Positions 25,673-37,436 of a DNA stretch of 64,000 nt are shown here, in pieces (positions within the stretch are counted from its first letter, which is position 1; each line of letters starts with the position of its first letter). Position numbers and translations under genes: made by a program. The notes under the pieces were generated by a model, which saw only the letters and a program-made list of their open reading frames with translations, searched no databases and was not told the origin of the DNA. This DNA comes from Lama guanicoe (lineage: Eukaryota): the NCBI GenBank assembly GCA_013239625.1, contig MU053216.1:2508943-2572942 (forward strand), in the 5' to 3' direction.

Positions 25673-27599
25673 TGAACCCAATTTCCCCCAAAATTAAAAA
25701 TATAAATAAATAGAATACACCTGTTTCAGCACACATGGAAGATGGTCTCAAATTACTAACCCAGCTGCTGCAGGGAACAGTTTTCATCCACTGAAAAGTA
25801 TCGCTACACGAGAATGTAAGCTAAAAGAGAGGGGAGCAGGTGCATGTCGCCCTGGTGGAGAAAGGGGAGAATGCATCGTATTTTATGTACCGTGTAGAAT
25901 GTGAAAAAATTATCGTTCTTGCTTGTCTTGCTGTTCAGACAGTGCTTTTGGTTAAAGGTATTCCAAAGCCACAGGGTCAAGAATCCCTCCTGTCACTGAG
26001 GACCCTGCTGGGCGCGCACAGACAGCGGACTCCTTCAGCCACTGGAAATGCAGTGTTGAAAGCAGCTGGCTTATTTCCAGGTAGATCGCTCCGTTTGCTC
26101 CCCCAGAGCCATTTGTGCATAACACAAATAAACAATCTAATTTCAAAAAGTAAAAACAGCTGACAAAAATAGGGTGTCACCCAAGAACAACTATTTACTA
26201 TTATTTGTTTTTAATTTGAGAAGCCTCTGGCTTCAGACTGCAAACAAATTAATGGGAAAAATAATCTTATGAAAGATTTTAAGGACTGCTACAAGAACAA
26301 ATAAATATTGAAGTAAACTAGTCAGAAATTTATGTTCCATTTAGTCTGGCGTTTAGTGAAAAAAAATTTTTAACCTAGTTAGAGTTGTTTAGAGTTAATT
26401 GTAGGTTTCATTCTGTAAGATTGGGGAGGAAGATAAGAGGCGAGATTCAGGCTCCTGCTGCCAGGCTTTCTCACAGGGACACTTGGGTATTTGTCATCAG
26501 CCATGGTTAGTCTGAATAATGGCATTTTAAAATATGAAATCCATGTGGAAGTGGATAGAAATTTTTTTATTAACTCCAAAATGAGAACTATCACAAATAA
26601 TTTCTCCATCAAGGCCCAAGTTCAGCTGCTAATGTATGACTTTCCTTATGTAGGTTTCACATAAGAATCTAGATTTTGGTTAATTGTTAAAAAGAAATCA
26701 CTTGTTGGATTAAAATTATGGCAACTTGGGCAGCTGTACGAAATGCTACGTAACAATAGTAACCCTTCCGTTACATTGTGTGATAGTTTCTTTCTGATTG
26801 CCTTTTACGCCTGAAGTTGTGTAAGAGCTTAAAGTTTAACATTTGTACGCCGTTAACGTTGATTGAAGTAACTGCTTTTGCTCTGATTCACTGTTGAGTA
26901 GGTCCAAACCCCCTCCACTCCCAAAAAAGCTAGTGTAGGTATCCCACTAGAATGCTCTTAGCTTTTATTAGCTTCTGTGTTGAGAGGCAAAGCAGGCAAT
27001 TTGGAGAAGGAAATGACATAGTTTCATTCCCGTGTCTTAAGTTTGGAAGCCTTTTGCAGGATTTTAGCAGTATTACCATTAAAAAGCGTAGGTCCACAGA
27101 ATCTAGGTACCAATTAGCCTACAAAAACCATGCCTTACCCTTTAATCTCTTTCACGTAACCCATGATTTAATCCTTTTCCATGTCAGTATTAGAAACATA
27201 ATGCCTTTGATCCTCTACGGTAGTAAAAAGGGATGGTTTATTTAGACAAAGCAAAAACCCATATATTTTGTACACGAATAAGCTATGTAAAAATCTCACA
27301 GCAACTGGTTGTACAGAACTTTGAGAATTTTAGAAGGAATGAGAAGAGCACACTTCTTCTTTTTTGTGAACATGTATATAATCTTATTTAGACTGGAGCT
27401 TATACTGTGAGCTGATAGCAAACAGTAAAGATTGATCTATGTCTTGACGGGAGGTTTTAGGCACTTGGACCAGGCACAGGAAAAGCCCAGGAGCCTATGT
27501 GAATTTATAAGTTACTGCCTAAATCATTTTTTAATGAATAAAGAAATATGACATTTATTTTAGCCTTAATATGTGCAGGGCAATTTCAAATACCTTATT

Positions 27600-27760
27600 C
27601 AAGGATGGAGCATAATAAGAAAAGCTTTCGTTTCTGGAGTCAGACACTTGGGCTGGGGTTCTGCCCTGTCCCTCAGGTGCCTTACTCCATCTCCTTCTAT
27701 TTCATACATTCACGTGAATATCTGCCAAAGGTAGTGCGTGGGCCGATCTAATGAAACTTG
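27600..27760 (+). mobile_element. Degenerate MIR
   Basis: ttctggagtcagacacttgggctggggttctgccct is a MIR-like head. Confidence 0.45.
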
Positions 27761-28639
27761 ATTAAGAAATCTTAAAGGAAGGAAAAGAAAAGGAAGACAG
27801 TTGTCATCCAATGGGTGACTGTCAAGCCGTTAGCATTTGTTTCCTGTAGGAGTTACACAGTGTGCGCTCTTGTGAGCAGTAACAGCCTGGGTTCCCTGTC
27901 ATGTTATCTTACGATCTGTGAAGTGGTCACCCTGGGGAAGCGGACAGGACTTTAAAAGGAACAAAGGACTGTGGCATCGTCACCTTTGAAAATGCGTACG
28001 GCATGTTGTTTACTTAATCCACTGCCTCACAGCAGAACTCTGGCAGGGGCACCACGGATACCGAGATGAGAGAGAGGAGGACTGTAGCCACAACTGCAGG
28101 CCACCCAGGCCAGAGGCAGCTTTGGAGCAGTGGCAGGTGTTCTATAGAGAAACACCATAAATCTGGTACAGGACAAGGTTTTGTTTAGAAGGGTGGTGAG
28201 AGGGGTTTGTTGCAGTTAGGATTTAAGTCACGTGGTCTAACTGGGTGTATGTTGTTGGCAGAGCGTCAGGTTGCGTCAGTTAAAACATCTGTGCGCGAGG
28301 CTGGGGTCCCTGGGCAGCCAGTTCCCACATGCTTGGTGCCTCAGTCGTTGGTTTTGTTGGTGACAGGCCCGCAAGCGAGGTCTCTGCGAGGCAGGGCTGT
28401 GAGGCACGTGGGCCTCCGTATCCTCCCGCAGAGATTTAGGTGAAGCAACGGCTTGCTGGGGGGGTTTGGGCCCCTGGGGTGCAGGGCTGCGGGATGAGAC
28501 CAGCAGTCAGCAGAAGGGTGTGTGGCTACATTTGACAGTTTTTCTGTGTAAGTTTGAAAAGCATCCTGACTCTGTGTTTACCCACTGGGTAATCTTATCT
28601 CTTTTTTTTAAGTTTTGGGTGGTTTGGATTCTTGTTGCT

Positions 28640-28782
28640 TTTAGATTCCACATGTAGGTGATGTCATACAGTGTCTCTTGCTCTGTCTGGCTTATGCCAC
28701 TTAGCACAGTGCCCTCAAGTTCCACCCGTGTTATCACGGATCGCAGGATTTCCTTCATTTTCATGGCTGAATAATACTCCGT

Positions 28783-28820
<38 letters not shown>

Positions 28821-29190
28821 CACCACAACTTCTTTGCCCGTTCATCCATCAGTGATGTACACGTGGGTCGTTTCCAGGTCTTGGTTCTTGTAGACACCGC
28901 TGCTGTGGACACAGGTGCGCAGACATCTCCTTGACACAGGGTTTTCATTTTCTTTAGCTATATTCCCAGAAGTGGGATTGCTGGCCCATACGGTAGCTCT
29001 AGTTTTAATTTGTGAGGAACCTCCATACCGTGTTCCACAGTGGCTGTGCCCGTTTACAATCCCACCAGCAGTGCCCACGGGTTCCCTTTATGCACATTCC
29101 CAGCGTTTGTTCCCTCTTGCCTTTCTGATGATGGCCACACTCACAGGCCTGAGGTGACATCTCATTGTAGTTTCAGTTTGATTTCCTTTG
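28640..29190 (-). mobile_element. L1 3' ORF2 fragment with (TG)n at 28786-28816
   Basis: ORFs TEYYSAMKMKEI...ELEGTVLSGISQ and KTWKRPTCTS are L1 ORF2 C-terminal motifs. Confidence 0.9.
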
Positions 29191-30236
29191 ATTGATGGAT
29201 GAGTTTCCTGTGTGGTTGAACTCAGTCTTCAAGTTGCACCCTGCTCAGCCAGGGAGCAGGGGCCTGCGGGCTGCACGCAGCGTCCTCCTCGTTCGTGCTG
29301 ATGCGCTGGTCCGTGTCTAAGGCGGAGGGTGTTTACCCAGAACTGACCATCCGGTTCCCACCAATTTTCTGCAGCTGGAACATTAATGCTCTTACTTGTC
29401 ATTTAAGTAAATGGTGGGAGTGTGTCCAGCAGCAGTGCTGCAGGTGTCTAGGAGAAGACTTCCAATTCGTCTCCATCTCTGAAATAAGTTTGTTAATGTT
29501 CTTTCATACAGAACCAGGCAAAGTCGGCATCGCCTTTGACAGAGTCACAGAATAAATGCTTCCCCACGGAGTCTCTCACAAGCCCTAATGGTTTCCTTTT
29601 ACGAATCGAATCAAGCTCTTCCTCTGTCAAGTGTCCCTTCCCTCCCAAGACGAAAGGCCGGACCAGCGAGAGGGGGGGTCCTAGACCTGTGCGTGCTGAG
29701 ACGCCTCTGTCCTGAAGGTGCCGTCTCTCCACGGCTTGGCCTTCTCTCCGCGCCTCCTCCCTGCTGGTCTCACGCCGGGGGCCGCAGAGGGGTGTGGGGG
29801 GGTGACCGGTGTCTCGGCCGCCCCCCGGCTGCCTCCTGCAGCGCCGCCTCCCCTGCTGCGGTCGGCGCAGGAAGAGAGACCCCTTCCTGCCGTCCTGTCG
29901 TCTGGCTCCTGTGACGTGCCGCTTTCGTGCCCAGACGCTCTGCCCTCACAAGCGCCCCACGCGAGCGCTGTCTGTGGGAAGTCGGGGGGAAGTGATCTCT
30001 CTTTGGGGAAGAGGGTGGACAGTTTGGCAGTTGGGGTGGCGAGAGCGACATGGGACTCTCTAGTCCCCCCTAAGCCACTCCCTATGCTGTGACCTCTGAC
30101 TCAAGTGAAAGGAGAGCCCGAGCAGGAAACAGCTGAAGCAAAGCCCCTGGGGCCTCAGTCCAGTCAGATGAGCGTCAGCCCCAGCGACACAAGGCTCTGG
30201 ACCTGTCCCTGGGCCCCCACGAGGCCCTCTGAGCCT

Positions 30237-31156
30237 TGTATGATTTCCTGCGCTAGCTCTAAACGCACTGCCACGGACTTGGCTGCTTAAAACAAATACA
30301 CAGACTCCGATTCGTTCTTTTAAAATTCTGGAGGCTAGAATTTGTTCAAAATAATTTATATTAGCTAAAGCCAAGATGTTCCCCGGCCGGGCTCCCGCTG
30401 GGGGCAGAGTCCACTCCTGGGCTCTTCTGGCTTTCGTGGCTTTCCTGGTCTCGTGGCTGCCACACTCCAAGCACTGCTTCCCCCTCGTGGGGGTGAGACC
30501 CCCCCCAGCCTCCCCTCGTGAGGGTGCTCATGACTGTTCCTGTTACAGCCACGCCGTGAGGCCAGACACACTGAAACGTGAGTTTGGAGCAGAGAAAGGG
30601 TGACTGCAGGGCCGAGCAAGGAGATCGGGTGGCTCATGCCCAAGAAAACCCCCAAACTCCCCGAAGGGTTGCAGCAAAGCATATTTAAAGGCCAGGTAAG
30701 GGAGGGGGTCACAGGTATGCTACCTGCTCGTGCACGATTCCCTGGTTGATGTGGGGGGAGCAGGAAGGTCAACACTGTCACCCCTTGGTTGCCAGAAGGT
30801 CTGGGGGCCACATGCTCTCCATCATCAAGTAGTTCCTTTCTCCCCTTCAATGGTGGTTTTTAGCATCTGCAAAACTCAAGAAATATGCATGAGATACTAT
30901 TCTCTGGGTGCTTCAGAGAGAAGCTGCCACAGAGGGTCTAGGGGAGAGGCCTGACCCCCTGGAGGATCCCCCAGGGTCCTGCTCGGTCACATGACCCCAT
31001 TTAGGGTCCACTCAGACTCTCCAGGATAATCTCCGTGTCTCAATATTTCTAACTTAATCATATCTGCAAAGACCCTCTTCCCATATACAGTAACATTTTC
31101 AGTTTTCAGGGATTAGGATCTGGGTGTCTTTGGGGACCAGCTTTCATCCTGCCATA
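30237..31156 (-). mobile_element. MLT1 (MaLR) LTR, split by a younger LTR
   Basis: tgtatgatttcctg...ggctgcttaaaacaa...ttctggaggctagaa, resuming after 30995 with ccaggataatctcc...aacttaatcatatctgcaaagaccct. Confidence 0.8.
30535..30991 (-). mobile_element. ERV1-type solo LTR (457 bp)
   Basis: TG...CA termini (tgttcc...gtcaca) and 4-bp TSD TGAC at 30531-30534 and 30992-30995. A minus-strand TATA-like motif (tttaaatat) lies near 30685. Confidence 0.8.
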
Positions 31157-32189
31157 ACCCTCAGAGGTAAGGGGAACACGATGTGTCTCTCATTTTAATC
31201 TCCTCCCTCTGCGATGAGCGCTTCTCCCACATGTAATGTGACCTGTGCTTCAGGGTCCAAGTCGGAATCAGTTCGTTGTGAAAACACCCTTGGTTGCTCC
31301 AGTCCACGCCGATCATGCCCTTCCTGTCACTCACGCCTCAATTAAAATTCCAGCCATTTCCTATCTTTTCATATTTCGGCAACATTGATTTGCACAATAG
31401 GACAATGTCATCAACCTCAATGGATTGTTCTAAGAGTTAAAAAAAATATACGGAGCCAAGAATTCAACCTAGAACGTGATGAACAGTCAATACAATTCAG
31501 TCTTAATCCTTCTGTTATTCTGTGCCTCCCATTGCATAGTTTTGTGATAATCTTTTTCTAGAGAGAAATGATTTCGTAATGATATACTTTTTAATATGTG
31601 CTTCTTTGTTTTCCTTCCATGGTAGCACACTGCTGAGATAAAAAATATTATTGAGAACCAACTGACAGGTATCGAAGCATTACTTCCCCCCAAAAGAGTA
31701 ATTCGTAGTTTGTAAATAATGGCATTTCTGGGAAAGGTCACTTCAATTACAGTATTTTCTTTCCTGCTTAGTTTTTAGTAAGGACTTATTAAGAAAAAAA
31801 AAATTCCAAGTTTTAACATTTCCAATTACACAGGATATTACGTAGTTTAAGCAAATACATCTTTGCACATCTGGATTGATTCATTGTATATTGAAATATT
31901 TCTTTAAAATCATGAGAATACAATAATAATTTTCATTCCAGTTTCTTTGACACTTTATCAAAGCTAATATCCGTCATCAGTCTGCGGCAATATTTGATTT
32001 TTTTTATCATAATTCAGTTTTTCTATTTTTAAAGACACTTTTATTCTCTCATCGTGTCACATTGTCAGAAACATCAAGAGAAACACTGTTGAGAACTGAG
32101 TGAGCGAGCGCTTCCTCCAGGGTGTTCAATTTCTCTGAAGCCGGCTCTGGGCGCTAACACGAGGCACAGCCAGTAGTGTCTTTGAGGCC

Positions 32190-33360
32190 GTTTTTACTGA
32201 AATAGGATGTGTGCGCACACACGTGGGTGTATCTTAGACATATTGCTCAATGAATTTTCAGAAACTGAATGTGCCTGTGTAACCACCACCTCAGCCAAGC
32301 CAGAGGGAACTGCTGGGTCTCGAGAGCCCCTCGATCACCCCGACTTTTTACTCCCCTCCCCCAAAATGATACCTCTCAACTTCTAAAACCATCGCTTGGC
32401 TTCACCTGTCTTTAAACTGTATTCAAATGAAATTACATTGTCTTTATTTTGTCTTGTGTGGCTCCCGGTTTGACATGATACTTGGGAGACTGAGGACTGG
32501 TTTCGCGTATAGTTGTGATCAGCTCCTTTTTACTGACACACAGGGGTTCCCTAGACGTGCGAGCGTTTTGGTGCAGGGAAGCCTGCGCCTGCAGTTCCGA
32601 CAGGGAGAACCGTCTGTGGGATTTGCGTCGCCGTGTCACACGGTGGAGAACACCGCTCAACAGCTTTCCTGAGAGGCTGTGCACGTGTGCATCTTACGCC
32701 AGAGACGTACAGAACAGAGTTGCCACAGGTCCTCACCAACATCTGGTATCATCTGTGTGTCTTCTCACCTCATCAGTTCTGGTGAGGTAATAGAGACCGC
32801 ACGCTGCGGCTTTGCTTTGCATTTATCAACAAAGGACAAGTCTGAGTGTCTTCTGTGCTTATTGGCCAGCTGGGTAGACACCTTTCTGTGAATGGCTGAA
32901 GTGTTTTTGCCCACTTTCCCGCGAAGTTTTCTGTCTTGTCTTCGTGGGTTTGTAGATGTTCCTGCATAGCCTAGACAGGATGTCTGGCAGGGCAAATGCG
33001 TGGTGGATGTCCTCTTTTTCTCTTCTATTACTTTTGTCACTTGATGAACAGACGTTGTGGGTCTGCCTCTGTTTTTCTAGTTACAGCTGTTTGTGTTTTG
33101 TTTAACAGAAGTTGTGCTACTTCAGAGTCATGAAGATGGTCGCTCACGTTTTCATCTAAAACTGGTACCGCTTTACCGTTCACGCTCAGATCACAGTTAA
33201 CTTTAATTGATTTTTGTAACTTAAGTGAGAGGAGGTTAAGATACTGTTTTCTTTTCTCTAATGGATAATCAGTTGTTGCCGTACCATTTATTGACCAGAC
33301 CATGCATTTCCCACTGCACTACAGTGTTATTTTTATGATGAACTGGGTTGATCTATGTGT
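32190..33360 (-). mobile_element. Old L1 (L1MC/ME-like) 3' region
   Basis: tgctcaatgaattttcagaaactgaatgtgcctgtgtaaccaccacc and downstream antisense ORF2-like text. Confidence 0.7.
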
Positions 33361-33384
33361 ATGGGTAAAATGCTTTCAAAACCT

Positions 33385-33900
33385 ATTTTAGGGATTATAT
33401 CAAATACATACAAGCACAGAATATAGTACAGTGAACCCATGTTACCCATCACCCAGCTCCAAAAATTATCAGCTCACCAATGATTTTTCACATGTACCAA
33501 CACCTCATTCTTCCCACAAATCTCAGATAGTATGTACTTTTATCCTTTACTATTTCCATATATCTCTCTAAAAGGGAAAGTCTCTTTTTATAACTTGCTA
33601 TGATATTATTATATTATTATTACACCTAAAACACCAACAACCCTTTAATATCATCAAATGTCTGCCTAGTGCTCAGTTGCTCTGGTTGTTTTATAAATTT
33701 TTAAGGAGGTTTTCATTCAAATTAGAATTTAAACAAGTTTATACATTATTTATAATTGACTGAGATGACTCTTCAGTCTCTTTTTATCAGCGGTTTCCCC
33801 ACCCCCTCATGTGTGTTTTCCCCATAATGTATTTGTTGAAAGAAACGGGCTCATTCATTCTGTAGGAAACCCCACATTCTGGATTTTGTTATTTCAAGCA
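33385..33900 (-). mobile_element. Old L1 (L1MC4/5-like) 3' UTR
   Basis: gtgaacccatgttacccatcacccagctcc...tttaatatcatcaaat resembles L1MC 3' ends. Confidence 0.6.
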
Positions 33901-35309
33901 ATGACTATTTTCTATTGAAGCATGATATTTTTGCCAAAAGAAAAATTACTGTTTTTTCTTAGGTACTGAAACAAAGCAGGTTACCTCCTGTCACCCAAGT
34001 GAAGAGCGCCATCTGAAATCTGTGCTCATAATACCGGACGTGCACGTGCCAAAGATGCCTGTTTTTATAAGCAGTTTCTCTGGATACTTACCGTTAGTGG
34101 GTTTCTGGGCACCAAGAGTTTTCGGCCCTGGCATTCCTGACGTTGAGGCCGACCGGCTCTCTGCGTGGGGGCTGCTCTGTGCTTTGCAGGTTAATTAGCT
34201 GTGTCCTTAACCTCTTTACATTGGATGCCACTGGTGGCCTCCCGCCAGCCATGAACACGTAGAAGACACTTACTGTCATCTGCTCACTGCCGTCAGTTAC
34301 TGATACCTTTTTATTCCTCTTCGTTAATTTGTTACGAGTTTCTTGAGACCAGAACCAGTGTCTCCTTTTATGGACTGAGGCGAGAAGCGCTCTGCCTCCT
34401 TTACAGGTCGTCATGAGGACCAAATGGAATAATGCCCAGCGCATCCCCCTGGTGCCCGTGTGAAGCCCTGGGGGACACGTGAGCCATTTTTACATCTTTT
34501 ATTGACTAGCGTCCAGCAGCATCCAGCTCACCACGCTGTGATGGACGCCTTCATTTCAAACCAGGCATTTTTTTTTGTGCAGCCTTCAAGTTTTTCCCAC
34601 AAATTCTTCCTTCCCTCCTCACAAACAGTCATCAACTTTTCCCCTTGACTTGGTTCCCACAGTTTCAGGTTACAGCCGCCCCGACACTCTCGCTCAGCCT
34701 CGCGCACACGCTCCCTCTGTCTTTCCCACGTCCAGCCTCCCCATTTCCACTCCACTTACCTACATCCCGCCCCTCCCTAAACACACTCCCACTTCATCCT
34801 TCTTAATTTATATCTTCCCCTTCCTTTCTGTTCTAATAACGTTTTATCTGATAATCTTTGAAAGTCCCTTGGTATTTTTCTGCAACTCCTAAGCGTCTAC
34901 CATCATTTTTCCCCCACCGTATTACTTTTAAGAAAAGCCACTGAGCCCCTCCATGCAACAGAAAATTTTTAAAAGATAACCAAGGCAAAGGTTATGCTCC
35001 AGAGGAGCCAGAGGAGAGAGACTGAAAAAAAATAATTTCTGTGCCAAGAGGTCAGGTTATAAGGACGCCTCTGCAAAGAGCTGTGAGACTCACAGAGGCA
35101 GCGAAAGCCGTGCTGTGGGGTCAGTGTACGACAGCAACGAAGCGGAGGGGACTCCTCAGCCGGGGAAGGAGGGAGGAAAACTCTCGGCTCAGAGAAGGTC
35201 ATAGTCCTTTCCTGGTGTGCAGAGTGGTTTCTTAAAATGGGCGCATAGAGTCTGGAGCTGCGTACCTGGAGTTTTGCTCCTCTGTGTATGCTACTTGGTG
35301 GGTGTTCGA

Positions 35310-36170
35310 TTTTATTTTATTTTATAAACATTCTTTATTGAAGTATGGTTGATTTACAATGTTGTGTTAGTTTCAGATATACAGCATAGTGATTCAGTTA
35401 CACACACACATACACACTCTTTTTCAGACTCTTTTTCATTATAGGTTATTACAAGATGTTGAATATGGTTCCCTGTGCTGTACAGTAGGACCTTGTTGTT
35501 TATCTGTTTTATATCTAGTAGAGTGTATATGTTAATCCTAGACTCCTAATTTATCCTTCCCCCTCTTCCCCTTTGGTAACCATAGTTTGTTTTCTATGCC
35601 TGTGAGTCTGCTTCTGTTTTGTAAGTAAGTTCATTTGCATTCTATTTTTTAGAGTCCACATATAAGTGATATCATATGGTATTTGTCTTTCTCTGTCTGA
35701 CCTACTTTACTTAGTATGATGATCTCTAGGTTCTTCCATGTTGCTGCAAATGGCATTATTTCATTTTTATGGCTGAGTAATATTCCATTATATATATAAT
35801 GTGGATGGACATTTAGGTTGCTTCCATGACTTGGCTACTGTAAATAGTGCTGCTGTGAATATTGGGGTGTGTGTATCTTTCTGAATTAGAATTTTATCTG
35901 GATATATGCCCAGGAGTGGGATTGCTGGATCATAGGGTCTATTTTTAGTTTTTTAAGGAACCTCCATACTGTTCTCCATAGTGGCTGCACCAAATTATAC
36001 TCCCACCAGCAGTACAGGAGGCTCCCTTTTCTCCGCACCCTCTCTAGCACTGATTACTTGTAGACTTTTTGATGATGTCCATCCTGAGCTGTATGAAGTG
36101 ATACCTGGTGGTTCTGATTTGCATTTCTCTAAAAATTAAAAATGTTGAGTATCTTTTCATGTGCTTATTG
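35310..36170 (-). mobile_element. 5'-truncated L1 with intact 3' end and tail
   Basis: T-rich tail, then ttattgaagtatggttgatttacaatg..., then ORF2 C-terminus (KHMKRYSTFLIFREMQIRTTRYH in ORF 36044-36322). Confidence 0.93.
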
Positions 36171-36339
36171 GTGATGAGTGTTTTTAAGAAGTCATAAATC
36201 TTACAGACTCTTCCATTGGATTGAGACAGAGACGTCATGTCCCTTTTACGCAGTGTCTCCCAGTGACACCAGCTTGTCAACCAGAGGACAGGAGCACTTA
36301 GACACTGAGCCCGGGACAGCACAGACGCAGGCCCGCTGC

Positions 36340-36830
36340 CCCCTCCTGCACCCCAGCACCTGCTGATCTGTTCTCTCCTCCTAAAGTTGTGTCATCTCAA
36401 AAACTTATCCAAATGGAATAGCACATTATATAAGCTTTTGAGATGGAGTTTTTCACTTGGCGTAATTCAGCCGTATTCAGATTGTTGCTCCTTTTTTATT
36501 TCTGAGCAGTATGTAGTTGATACTGGGTGTACCACTATTTGTTAAATTAGCAATATCAGAAATGAGGCAGGGGATCTCATCACAGGACCTGCAAGCATCA
36601 AGAAGCTCGTAAAGAAAGGCTGTGAACAGCCCTGGAAAATAGTTTGGCAGTTTGCTTCAAAAATTAAACAGTCAGCTACCGTATGGCCCATCCTTTGCAC
36701 CACTGGGCATTTAAATTAACCCAGAGGAATGAAAACTTATATTCACACAAAAGCCTGTATGCTAATGTTTGCAGCAGCTGCATTCATAATCGTCTGAACT
36801 GGAGACAACCCAGATGTCGCACGTGCAGTT
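36340..36830. mobile_element. Mosaic of old L1 pieces (minus to about 36543, plus from about 36545)
   Basis: Antisense 3' region abuts sense aatatcagaaatgaggcaggggatctcatcacag and ctggaaaatagtttggcagttt...gaaaacttatattcacacaaaagcctgt. Confidence 0.7.
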
Positions 36831-37291
36831 TAAACACGGGACCACACAGTCTCCCTACCTGACCCGCTGGGAGCACATCCGAGAAGAGTCTGCGGTCACG
36901 GGGGCAGGTGGAGATGCGGCCAGGCGCGCCAGCCACCTCCCCCGCTTCCCAGCCAGACCCGAGCTTCTTGTTAAACAGCGTGTGCTCTCTTCCTGCCGGG
37001 CAGAGCCTGCGGGACAGCTGCAAATCTCCCTTCCTAGTTGTCGCAGGATCCCAGAGGTGGCAAAGGAAGACTTTTCACCCTCCTGTGCGTGCAATTAGCG
37101 CCCCGCAAGAATGAAAGTTTGAAAACTTGGCAGCACCTGAAAGTGCCTTACGTTGCTTTGCAACTACACGTTTTTTTTTTAATCTGAAGCAGAAGAAAAG
37201 CAGCAAGAAATAAAATGTTGCATTAATTTACAACAAAAATACTGAAGCCCTAGTAAATGAATACACTCTACTCCTATAGACATTATTTCTT

Positions 37292-37436
37292 TTTCAGAAA
37301 AAACTTAAAAAATTTTTTTGGGGAGGGAGGTAGTTAGGTTAATTTACTTATTTATTTAAATAACAGTGCGGAGACTGGAACCCAGGACCTCGTGCCTGCG
37401 AGGCGTGCACTCGGCCACTGCGCTGCACCCTCCCCC
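37292..37436 (-). mobile_element. tRNA-Ala-derived SINE (vic-1 type)
   Basis: Homologous to the 6.5 and 11.3 kb copies. 15-bp TSD tagac(a/t)ttatttctt at 37277-37291 and 37438-37452. Confidence 0.88.
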
